Virus record (IMG/VR): IMGVR_UViG_3300048579_000427
Location: 1 to 35,685 of that record
Origin: a virus
Lineage: Duplodnaviria > Caudoviricetes
Reading direction: 5' to 3' (one strand)
Length of the DNA: 35,685 nt
The notes below the pieces were generated by a model. That model was not told where the DNA came from and did not search any database. It worked only from the letters and a program-made list of their open reading frames with translations. The translations under genes were made by a program, and so were the position numbers. Positions within the stretch are counted from its first letter, which is position 1, and every line of letters begins with the position of its first letter. Shown here piece after piece: positions 27,617 through 35,312 of the stretch.

Positions 27617-28030
27617 TTATGAATACAGCAAAAAATCGCGGTATTCAGCCTCAAATTGCTCAGTTATGTATAGGGCCTTCTCACGTGTATCAGTGCAAAG
27701 GCGAGAGCCGACATCCGTAGACGCGTTAACGTAGCCGTAATGCGAAAGCGAAAAACCGAAACCGGAAGACAGAACCTCAAACCAGGGATAGTACTTGTAT
27801 TGATTCCAGTTGCTCCAGTCGGGTTTCCACCCGTTATTTATTGCTTTATATATAATCAAAAGCTTGTAGTAATTAACAACGTGCTTTCTCATGTCTTCAG
27901 GAAGCATTGATACATCAGGAAGTTGTTGCGGATCAATACTCTCTTTTGCGCAGGCGTCTTCAAAAGTTTTGATTGTTCTAAAATCAAACTCAATTACATT
28001 TTTTTCTTCGTTTGTTGAATTTGTTGACAT
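27617..28030 (-). CDS. DGR target protein 1 (137 aa)
   Basis: Contains VR1 (VLSSGFGFSLSHYGYVNASTDVGSRLC); paralogue of 28035-28496. Confidence 0.93.
   Translation of the reverse strand: MSTNSTNEEKNVIEFDFRTIKTFEDACAKESIDPQQLPDVSMLPEDMRKHVVNYYKLLIIYKAINNGWKPDWSNWNQYKYYPWFEVLSSGFGFSLSHYGYVNASTDVGSRLCTDTREKALYITEQFEAEYRDFLLYS
27695..27775 (-). repeat. DGR variable repeat VR1
   Basis: 81 nt ungapped vs TR, 14 mismatches, all at TR adenines. Confidence 0.96.
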
Positions 28031-28034
28031 AATC

Positions 28035-28496
28035 TTAATTGTTTAGTGTTAAAAATTGTTTGTAAATATCAATGAATTGCGTTGCTGCGTAGTTGCTTTT
28101 AGCCTCAGACTCGAAGCAAAGGCGAGAGCCGACACTCGTATGCGTGAGATCGTAGGCGTAATTCGAATTCGAAAAACCGAAACCGGAAGACAGATTGAAC
28201 CATGGCCACCACTTTTGCTGGCTTTTATTGTCCCAATCCGGAACCCAGTTTTGATTAATTGCTTTTGCCACTATTTTCATCTTTTTGTAGGCAATCTCAT
28301 CTGGAGTATCATTTTCGGTGAATAAGCTTTTAGGATCATTAATGCCAAGCTCCTCGCAGGCATCTTCAAAAGTTTTGATGTCCTTAAAATGTCGTTTTTC
28401 GAATGCTTTTGCGCCAAATTCGGCAGTAAGTTCTTTCTGAAACCATGCGGGCGACGTTGGATAAATCGCCTTTGCTTTTTCAAGTGTCATTTCCAT
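28035..28496 (-). CDS. DGR target protein 2 (153 aa)
   Basis: Contains VR2 (LSSGFGFSNSNYAYDLTHTSVGSRLC); shares IKTFEDAC, KAIN..W.PDW, PWF with target 1. Confidence 0.93.
   Translation of the reverse strand: MEMTLEKAKAIYPTSPAWFQKELTAEFGAKAFEKRHFKDIKTFEDACEELGINDPKSLFTENDTPDEIAYKKMKIVAKAINQNWVPDWDNKSQQKWWPWFNLSSGFGFSNSNYAYDLTHTSVGSRLCFESEAKSNYAATQFIDIYKQFLTLNN
28116..28194 (-). repeat. DGR variable repeat VR2
   Basis: 79 nt ungapped vs TR, 10 mismatches, all at TR adenines. Confidence 0.96.
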
Positions 28497-28536
28497 ATCT
28501 ATTCAATTTAAATTGTGACTGACATTATTGTCATTG

Positions 28537-28579
28537 CCCCTGATCAGGGAATCGAACCCTGATCGTGAACCGTTCAGGG
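28537..28579 (-). ncRNA. Minimal tRNA-like fold (acceptor stem + T-arm)
   Basis: CCCTGA/TCAGGG stem, CAGGG-TTCGATT-CCCTG T-arm, followed by G-CAA. Confidence 0.45.
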
Positions 28580-28581
28580 TA

Positions 28582-28812
28582 TTACTCAGCTTTTACAAAG
28601 TCGAGATAATAATTTTGGCCTACTTCGAAGAAATTGGACGCAGGAGTTTCATAGCTGATGTTTAGATATGCTCCACCTGATGGAGTAAATTTGGCAAACG
28701 ATTTGTTTTCTTCGCTTCCATCGGTTACTGCTAAGAAATCAACTAACTTCTGTTGAGATTCAGGCTGATCTTCAACTTTAATACATTGAAATTTTGCTCT
28801 TACTTGTTCCAT
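28582..28812 (-). CDS. Conserved small phage protein
   Basis: 76 aa, VRAKFQC...ENKSFAKFTPSG...F.VGQNYYLDF. Confidence 0.75.
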   Translation of the reverse strand: MEQVRAKFQCIKVEDQPESQQKLVDFLAVTDGSEENKSFAKFTPSGGAYLNISYETPASNFFEVGQNYYLDFVKAE

Positions 28813-28850
28813 TTGATTTTTTTTTATTTAATTTCTGGCTTATGCCATTG

Positions 28851-28939
28851 AGCCGAATAGGAGAATCGAACTCCTGTATCTCAACCACTCCGGGAAAACA
28901 CTCCGGCGGTTTACCGATCTGCCACTGATCTAATCCGGC
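28851..28939 (-). ncRNA. tRNA-like RNA with non-canonical anticodon arm
   Basis: Acceptor GCCGGAT/ATTCGGC, T8A9, D-arm GATC-AGTGGCA-GATC, T-arm AGGAG-TTCGATT-CTCCT; 39-nt middle; no assignable anticodon. Confidence 0.6.
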
Positions 28940-29161
28940 GGTTTGCCCCGGCCAATCATTCCGGGGCTCTCTCAACCAATTATCAATCGGTAGAAGCTTC
29001 TTTGGGCTTTGTAGTGTAAAAACTTGTTTGATCTCCACAACACTTTTTAGCCTTTTTACCACTTCCACATTTACACAGTGCATTTCTATCTTGTTTGCGT
29101 GTTACAATTGGCGATCCGTCGCCAAGATGTATTGTTACCATTTGTCTTTCCCTTACCATAA

Positions 29162-29776
29162 CTAGATGCTTGAAAAATTCAAATCAATCACGTTGTATTT
29201 GCCGTCAGCATCTGCTACCGAAACTCGAAAATAGCGTTTAGAAGAGGGGCGACGAATAGCTTTTTCAATAGCATCCAGCATAAGATGAAATGCCGGGTAC
29301 TTTTCGGCATCAATGCGTTGCCGATACTTCGTTAAACCAGTCACTTTTTTGCTGTCAAGCTTTCCGCGCGAGGTCGAAAAAGCATCAAGAATCAACTCTC
29401 GTATCATATTATCAAGCCCATTAGTGTTCATAGTTAAAAACTCGTCCATGTGCGATTTTGCTACAGCAATTAGCGTATCATCAAACTCAATGCGCTCGTT
29501 TACATCAACCTCTGCTTTTACACTTCTGTCAAAATTAAAAATAGCCATGTTGCCCTTTGTTTCTTTTGCTTCAACATTGTTTTCGGACATTACTGCTGCA
29601 ATAATTTCGTCAACATCTTCAGAAAATTCCTTTTTGAAATCAGCCAATAGTTTGTTAATACGCTTCGCCTTTGCTGTTAACTTGTCAAGCTTTTGCTCCT
29701 TCAGTTTTTCTGCCGGGGTTACCCGTTTTGCCGGGATTTCTATCCCGTTTTCGTCAATCCACTTTTTTGTTGCCAT
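29162..29776 (-). CDS. DUF3164-like Mu-like phage protein
   Basis: KGNMAIFNFDRSVK...IEFDD...AF...GKLD...RRPSSKRYFRV...LNFSSI. Confidence 0.75.
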   Translation of the reverse strand: MATKKWIDENGIEIPAKRVTPAEKLKEQKLDKLTAKAKRINKLLADFKKEFSEDVDEIIAAVMSENNVEAKETKGNMAIFNFDRSVKAEVDVNERIEFDDTLIAVAKSHMDEFLTMNTNGLDNMIRELILDAFSTSRGKLDSKKVTGLTKYRQRIDAEKYPAFHLMLDAIEKAIRRPSSKRYFRVSVADADGKYNVIDLNFSSI

Positions 29777-30014
29777 TTTTGTTACTTTTTAAAAGGTTTA
29801 TAATTGTTTCGTCAATCAATTTTTCGAAGAATTCTTTAGCTGGCTTTTTGGAGCCATCTGACAGCACTACATGCAGACGGGGCACTTGATACAGCTCGCT
29901 TCGGTTGTGGTATTCGCTTCGCCATTCGGTAATATCAACCATTTCAGTTTCATAGCCAATAAGCTTTAAATAGGCAGCCAATTGTTCGTTAGTAATGTGA
30001 ACTTGAATGATCAT
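29754..30014 (-). CDS. Hypothetical protein
   Basis: 86 aa, overlapping chain of early ORFs. Confidence 0.65.
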   Translation of the reverse strand: MIIQVHITNEQLAAYLKLIGYETEMVDITEWRSEYHNRSELYQVPRLHVVLSDGSKKPAKEFFEKLIDETIINLLKSNKNGNKKVD

Positions 30015-30274
30015 TTTTTTATGATTTTGGGTACCTGCAAAATAGATTCGTGTCGGTATTCGGCCTGAAATTCGCCGTTTAATCGGTTTTCGAGAACTTC
30101 AATGTGATAGCGCAATACGTTAATTTTTCGAGCTAATTCAATAGAAAAATCGCCGTTTAACTGCTTTTTTTCCAGTTCTTTAAGGCGTTCAACAGACCTG
30201 AGCCGATCTCCTTCTAATGATGCCCGGCATTCGGCTTTGCTCTGTACTGTTTGTATGTTTCGTTGCATTTGCAA
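30011..30274 (-). CDS. Hypothetical coiled-coil protein
   Basis: 87 aa (start may be ATG 30268). Confidence 0.55.
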   Translation of the reverse strand: MQMQRNIQTVQSKAECRASLEGDRLRSVERLKELEKKQLNGDFSIELARKINVLRYHIEVLENRLNGEFQAEYRHESILQVPKIIKK

Positions 30275-30629
30275 ATATTTTTTTTAAGGTTGATTGTGGT
30301 ATTAAACTGGAATTGAACCTGAGCCGAATGTAAATTTCGTTGTACCCATCGGCCTGATAGTAGTGGCACACCCGCCATAACTGAAAACTCCACCAAGTCC
30401 AAAAGTGAGGTGAGCTAAGTATTTGCCTGAAAGCTTTATCAGGAGATACTTGAATTGAAAGTTCTCCAAATTGAGCTTTAAAAGTAGAATGATTCTTTAT
30501 CCTATCGCGTAAAATGTCTAGATAGTCGCAACCCGAATCAAAGAACAGCGACCACGTAGCTGTATCATTTGCCCTAACTGATTGAACAGCTTTCGAGTTA
30601 ATTACTTTTTCGATAATTGTTGTTTCCAT
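30189..30629 (-). CDS. Hypothetical protein
   Basis: 146 aa, SPHFWTWW motif. Confidence 0.65.
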   Translation of the reverse strand: METTIIEKVINSKAVQSVRANDTATWSLFFDSGCDYLDILRDRIKNHSTFKAQFGELSIQVSPDKAFRQILSSPHFWTWWSFQLWRVCHYYQADGYNEIYIRLRFNSSLIPQSTLKKIFANATKHTNSTEQSRMPGIIRRRSAQVC

Positions 30630-30634
30630 TGTGA

Positions 30635-31255
30635 CTATATTTTTAAACCCCAGTATTCGTTTGCCATTTGCTTGTTGATGTCTATTGTTTCGCCACCGCC
30701 GTAGCGGCCTACCGGGAAAGCTCTGAAACCTTCAACCCGAAAAGCGATGTTTGCATCGCGCCATATTCGTCGTGCAGTATTGCCTTCGGGTTGTCGACCT
30801 TCAATGTGAGAGATATAGATGAATATTTTGGTGGGGAATTGCTTTTTCAACTGCTTGTATTCATCCCAGGTAATTCCCCAAAACTGTATTGAATCAATTG
30901 CGACAATATCGGGGCTCTTGTGTCTGGAAAGGCGTTCGGCTAATTCGGGTACAGTTTCTGAACCGCTTGTACAAACGAAACGAGTTTTTACATCAATCAT
31001 TCCAACCCGTTCGATTTGTGCTTTTAGAGACAATGACAATTTTTCTTCAACCGGATGATACATCACCCTTCCAAAATTTGTCAGGTATTTAGAGAGCTTC
31101 ATTGCAAAACTGGTTTTTCCGTTTTTTGGTGGCCCGTAAATGAAAAACGTGCCTGAAACTTCTGGTTTACCACATGCTGCAAGCCACTCCCCGGTAAAAT
31201 CCATTACATTGAATTTCGCGTCAATAATGTTGTTTACTGAGTAGGCGCGAGACAT
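30635..31255 (-). CDS. RecA/KaiC-like P-loop ATPase
   Basis: GPPKNGKTS Walker A, VAIDS Walker B, IYISH. Confidence 0.85.
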   Translation of the reverse strand: MSRAYSVNNIIDAKFNVMDFTGEWLAACGKPEVSGTFFIYGPPKNGKTSFAMKLSKYLTNFGRVMYHPVEEKLSLSLKAQIERVGMIDVKTRFVCTSGSETVPELAERLSRHKSPDIVAIDSIQFWGITWDEYKQLKKQFPTKIFIYISHIEGRQPEGNTARRIWRDANIAFRVEGFRAFPVGRYGGGETIDINKQMANEYWGLKI

Positions 31256-31259
31256 GCAA

Positions 31260-32144
31260 TTATTGGTTTTTTGTTAGTTCGTTGTAAATTCTGCGAAGCG
31301 ATGGACGGCCATCTTCGCCCATGGTGTTACGCAGTATAACCTGGTGGTTAGCATCAGCAGGAGCATTAGCCTTAATAATCATCATTGCAGTTGCATTTAA
31401 AAGCTTGTTGCTTTCTTCGCCAGCAACCGGAACCACTTTGCCGTATCGTTTACCAAATCGGCTGAAAAGCTCAGTATATCCAACCTTTTTGTAGTTAATC
31501 GAGTTGCGGATACGGTTTTCAAGGCCATCGGCACCCATCATGTAAAAACCGCAAAAGTGTTCGGTAGCATTCCAAAGAGCCTTTATCTCTAACATAGCCG
31601 AGTGTTCCAGATCGCCAGCCTCGTCGAGTACAATCAACGGCTGAACCAACGTTTTGAGGTAAAAAACTAAATCGCTGTACACGTCGGCATAACGGCCCGT
31701 TGAGCCAACGCCAAAACCCTGGGCAATTCCGCGTATCATCTTTTGCTTGCTTTTCACCTGCGAGCAGTCGATGTAAACCGCGTTTTTCGTGTTTCGGCAA
31801 TAGTACTGTGCCGCGAAGCTCTTACCAATGTCGGATAAATCAACCAGCATCGACGAAAGGCCCTGCTCCTGACAAACTTTTAGCTGTGTAGTGATAAATT
31901 GGAATACCGGGGTATTGGCAATCTTCCATTCAGGGCGATTGCTAAGGCTCACGTTTAGTTGCCGGGCCAGACTGATAAATTTTGAATCGCTCAATACCTG
32001 TTCGGTTTCGCCTTTTTTAAGACGCGAGTAAATGGCAGCATTCAGGCCGATGGATACTGCAAAACGGGCATCCGATCCGTCGAAATTTTCGCGGGCAATA
32101 GCCAGCGCGTCAATTACTTTTTTCTTGAATTCAATTGTGACCAT
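31260..32144 (-). CDS. MuB-like transposition AAA+ ATPase with N-terminal HTH
   Basis: N-terminal HTH, DLSDIGKS Walker A variant, IVLDEA Walker B, LFSRF; near transposase. Confidence 0.85.
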   Translation of the reverse strand: MVTIEFKKKVIDALAIARENFDGSDARFAVSIGLNAAIYSRLKKGETEQVLSDSKFISLARQLNVSLSNRPEWKIANTPVFQFITTQLKVCQEQGLSSMLVDLSDIGKSFAAQYYCRNTKNAVYIDCSQVKSKQKMIRGIAQGFGVGSTGRYADVYSDLVFYLKTLVQPLIVLDEAGDLEHSAMLEIKALWNATEHFCGFYMMGADGLENRIRNSINYKKVGYTELFSRFGKRYGKVVPVAGEESNKLLNATAMMIIKANAPADANHQVILRNTMGEDGRPSLRRIYNELTKNQ

Positions 32145-32146
32145 GA

Positions 32147-32383
32147 TTATTCAGCGTTTAATTCGTCGATGTATTTATTCACGTGATCAATGAAATCACC
32201 ATAACTGACATATTCGTCGTATAATTCAGTCGAATAATCATAAACTATGCTAAGCACAGTCTCGTAGTCTAATAACTGGCTTTGCCACATTTCAATTTCC
32301 GATTCTTCTAAATCGGCGGCAAACGAAATAATGTTGATCAATAAAAATTTTAAAAATTCAATCTTTTCATCTTTTGTTTTCAT
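32147..32383 (-). CDS. Small acidic hypothetical protein
   Basis: 78 aa, Asp/Glu/Tyr-rich. Confidence 0.6.
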   Translation of the reverse strand: MKTKDEKIEFLKFLLINIISFAADLEESEIEMWQSQLLDYETVLSIVYDYSTELYDEYVSYGDFIDHVNKYIDELNAE

Positions 32384-32403
32384 AATTGTGATTGTTTTAT
32401 TGG

Positions 32404-32931
32404 TTAGTATTTAAGTGAAGTCCAGTGAATAATCTTGCCTTTAAAATCGTGATCAAACCAATTCCAGAAAGCTTCCAAAGAATTAAAACCATCGTTTTTA
32501 ATTAAATCTTTAAAAGTCTGATCTAAATAAAATCCCATTGGTTCAGCTTCATATATAACGCGACCGTCAGTCGCTACAAACTGGTAATCTTTCCTGTTAA
32601 TTATCTCAATTTTCTGAGTTGAAACGCATGGGAAAACAGGCGCAAACTGGAATTGATTCTTTGATCGGTTATTAATTACCGGATGTATTAACCGCCCAGC
32701 ATGCCAGCGGTCGTGTATGTCTTCGCGAATGGTTGTAATCTTCGGAATCATATTATTAATTGGCTCCCAATTATTCAATAAGAAATTTCGTTCGTCAGAA
32801 GTTGCTGCGTTAAAAAATTTCACAAATTCTTCATTTGTAAAAATTTGGTTGCTCAATAGTCCCGCCCAAATCTTTTCTACAAAATGCGTTTTTGTTCCAT
32901 TTTTAGTCTGTGTTGAAAATGGTAAAATCAT
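32404..32931 (-). CDS. ASCH/PUA-like domain protein
   Basis: KITTIRED...W..G...NDGF.S...F..WF...F.GKIIHW. Confidence 0.55.
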   Translation of the reverse strand: MILPFSTQTKNGTKTHFVEKIWAGLLSNQIFTNEEFVKFFNAATSDERNFLLNNWEPINNMIPKITTIREDIHDRWHAGRLIHPVINNRSKNQFQFAPVFPCVSTQKIEIINRKDYQFVATDGRVIYEAEPMGFYLDQTFKDLIKNDGFNSLEAFWNWFDHDFKGKIIHWTSLKY

Positions 32932-32943
32932 AATTGTGACTAT

Positions 32944-34929
32944 TTAAAGTGAGTTGATTGCTTTAGCAGCCCAGTCTGTTGTAAACTCGTCGGTTTCGTA
33001 ACCTTCAGGCTGGCGGGTTTCTTCAATGATAATAGTAGTAGGTAGCTCGTCGAGTTGTTTCGACTCTTCGCGGGTGATGGTCCCGATTTTTGGAATTGCA
33101 ATGCGACGGTCGCGTACCTGTTTGTCAAATTTCGAGATGCGTTTGTTTTGTTCGAGCATTCCGGCTTCGTCAGCGGCTGTCCGTTCAATGGCATTTTCAT
33201 TGTAAGCATTCGCAAAACGGTCTGTAGCTTCGCCTATGTATGTATTGCCCTGGTATAGATATACTTTGCTCGTAGTTCCATCAGCTTCAGGAAGCCAATA
33301 GGCAGTAACCTCGTAGTTATTCGAGCGCAAGCGTTTCAACAAAGTAAAATCGGCAATGTTGAACATCGTATCGTTCACCCGAACGAAGTCGTTATTCACA
33401 ATTGAGGTTTCGGTTACGTTGCCAATGAATTGATACAAGTACCAAGGCTCAATTTGCTTCAGGTCTGGATTGATTTGCGACAGTAAAACATCGCGGCGGG
33501 TCATTCCCGGATAAGTCTTTTGCAGCGGGTGAAATTCGTTGTTGTGTTTTTCAACGTCCGAAAGGTCATCGGCAATAATGGTCTGAGGTTGCAATTTATC
33601 TTCAATGAAATCACCGGCCATTTTATTACGAACACTCCTGAAAGCTTCGTGATTGGCGTACCACCGACCGCGCGTATGGCCTTCGCGTTTTGATGTTCCG
33701 TATTTGAATGCCTTGATTTTATGCTCTGCACGTTTTTCTGTTGGGCTCTCGCAGAAACGAACGAACGGGAACAATTCTTTTAACCAGTCGAAATCCTGCA
33801 TCAGGTGATATTCAACTTCCAATTCGCCAGGCATCGGGCAATTCAGCGTTGAAAGCTCGCAAAACATGTTCCTGAACGATTCAATAACTGTATTGTGTGT
33901 TGGTTTACCCACTACATAAGCCGGACGGAACCAATAGCCTGAAACCACATCAACCGCGATGTATTTGTAAATCCATCCGCGAACAGATTGGCGGCTAAGT
34001 GCCACGTCATCCATCGAAATCTTGGAAAGTGAGAACCGGCCAAGTTTACGCTGATGTTTCGGGCGTTTCGAGTTTACATAGTCGAAGTTTCCGTTACGAT
34101 CAGCATAAACAGCCGTATTATTAACCACATCTTTTAAGTAATTCCAAACCGTTGCTTCGGTAATTTCCATAGCGCGGCCTTTGTGCCTGAAGTCAGAAGG
34201 ATTGAAAACTTCGCCGGTTGTTTTGTCAAAAATTTCTTTCGATCCGCATACAAATTCAAGGTAACGCTGATGAACAGTTTTAATAAAAGGCTTGTCGTTT
34301 GTGCGCCAGATGGCCAGTAAAAGGTTTTCAATGCTGGTAGAAACTTTTCTACTATTGTCGTTGCCTTGGTTGCCATGAATAAGGCATCCGTAACCTTCAT
34401 TTATATACTGTTTAAACAGTCTTTCAAGGCTACGTGCATTCGTCACGCGAGTGCATTGGTATTTTGTCAACTGGTTGTTATACCAGGCAACGGCATGCTC
34501 CCAAAATTCGCCCATTTTCATGCGTTTACCAGCCTTTGCCCGTGCGGAAATCTGTTTTTCCAATCCACTTCGCAAACCGTTCAATATGCTGGCTCTGTTG
34601 GTATACTCCTCTACATTTTCCACCAACAAAGGTGAACCATCTTGTTTACGGAAATCAAGATAATAATCGCGGGCGGCTGTATCCAATTCAACCGTATAAG
34701 TTAATGTAGTCTTTTGCTGTTCAACTTTTCCAAATGCAGCTTCAATAACCCGAAGGCGGTCAGGGCGCTTGATTGATTTAACATCAATAAGGGTATTACC
34801 TGCGACAGCTCTATTAATAATACTAAGGAATCCGCGTTTACTGTCGTTTTTAAACTGGTCAATTGTAAAACCAAGACTTAACCAGTCGTTTACAGATATT
34901 GCTACCGTATTATTGAATTCCTGATACAT
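32944..34929 (-). CDS. Mu-like DDE transposase (MuA analogue)
   Basis: 661 aa; ISMDD, YIAVDVVSG, ELEVE, EKRAE RNase H-fold motifs; between Ner-like gene and MuB-like ATPase. Confidence 0.85.
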   Translation of the reverse strand: MYQEFNNTVAISVNDWLSLGFTIDQFKNDSKRGFLSIINRAVAGNTLIDVKSIKRPDRLRVIEAAFGKVEQQKTTLTYTVELDTAARDYYLDFRKQDGSPLLVENVEEYTNRASILNGLRSGLEKQISARAKAGKRMKMGEFWEHAVAWYNNQLTKYQCTRVTNARSLERLFKQYINEGYGCLIHGNQGNDNSRKVSTSIENLLLAIWRTNDKPFIKTVHQRYLEFVCGSKEIFDKTTGEVFNPSDFRHKGRAMEITEATVWNYLKDVVNNTAVYADRNGNFDYVNSKRPKHQRKLGRFSLSKISMDDVALSRQSVRGWIYKYIAVDVVSGYWFRPAYVVGKPTHNTVIESFRNMFCELSTLNCPMPGELEVEYHLMQDFDWLKELFPFVRFCESPTEKRAEHKIKAFKYGTSKREGHTRGRWYANHEAFRSVRNKMAGDFIEDKLQPQTIIADDLSDVEKHNNEFHPLQKTYPGMTRRDVLLSQINPDLKQIEPWYLYQFIGNVTETSIVNNDFVRVNDTMFNIADFTLLKRLRSNNYEVTAYWLPEADGTTSKVYLYQGNTYIGEATDRFANAYNENAIERTAADEAGMLEQNKRISKFDKQVRDRRIAIPKIGTITREESKQLDELPTTIIIEETRQPEGYETDEFTTDWAAKAINSL

Positions 34930-34938
34930 TGTCGTGAT

Positions 34939-35025
34939 TTATTTATCAATTTGACCTGCAAGCCAATAAGCGCCACCTACTAAAAAAGCAACGCCAACAA
35001 TTCCGATTAAAATTCCTGATACCAT
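34939..35025 (-). CDS. 28-aa single-TM peptide (not in ORF track)
   Basis: MVSGILIGIVGVAFLVGGAYWLAGQIDK; fills the gap between Ner-like gene and transposase. Confidence 0.55.
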   Translation of the reverse strand: MVSGILIGIVGVAFLVGGAYWLAGQIDK

Positions 35026-35032
35026 CGTGTTT

Positions 35033-35200
35033 TTATTTATTGATTTCAACACCACCGCGTTCAACGGCTGCTTTTCTTATGCGTATAGCCAAGGGAGAGT
35101 TTAATTTTCCGCTTAAAGATTTGCGGACGGTAACATGACTTGTTTTAAAAATTCGTTGCAATTCTTTTTTCTCGCCGTGAAGTACTAAAACTGATACCAT
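35033..35200 (-). CDS. Ner/Cro-like small HTH protein (55 aa; not in ORF track)
   Basis: MVSVLVLHGEKKELQRIFKTSHVTVRKSLSGKLNSPLAIRIRKAAVERGGVEINK; divergent from repressor. Confidence 0.75.
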   Translation of the reverse strand: MVSVLVLHGEKKELQRIFKTSHVTVRKSLSGKLNSPLAIRIRKAAVERGGVEINK

Positions 35201-35257
35201 CGTTCTAATTTTTTTTGGTTAATTTTGATGACCGTTTCACTTTAGAAACTGATTTCA

Positions 35258-35312
35258 AAAATAATAGAGATATTTCAGTTATGCAAGAAAATAATAGAGA
35301 AATTTCAGTTAT
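35258..35312. promoter_or_regulatory. Candidate repressor operators: 25-bp direct repeat, 30-bp period
   Basis: AAAATAATAGAGA(T/A)ATTTCAGTTAT at 35258-35282 and 35288-35312; inverted 13-bp copy at 35434-35446. Confidence 0.6.

Larger units (their letters stand above)
26125..28496 (-). mobile_element. Diversity-generating retroelement: target2-target1-TR-RT-accessory
   Basis: RT plus TR plus two VRs with strictly adenine-specific mismatches. Confidence 0.96.

Noticed and set aside
27501-28194. Three similar ~80-nt repeats as a CRISPR array
   Set aside because: Too long, irregularly spaced, two lie in coding frames, no cas genes.
28851-28939. Functional decoding tRNA (e.g. long-variable-arm Ser/Leu/Tyr)
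   Set aside because: No 5-bp anticodon stem with 7-nt loop at the canonical position; no anticodon assignable.
28778-29083. 101-aa ORF from the track
   Set aside because: Runs through the tRNA-like fold and hairpins and overlaps the next gene; probably spurious.
35215-35280. TTG-started N-terminal extension of the repressor
   Set aside because: Would leave almost no room for divergent promoters and consists of the operator-like repeat; ATG 35281 preferred.
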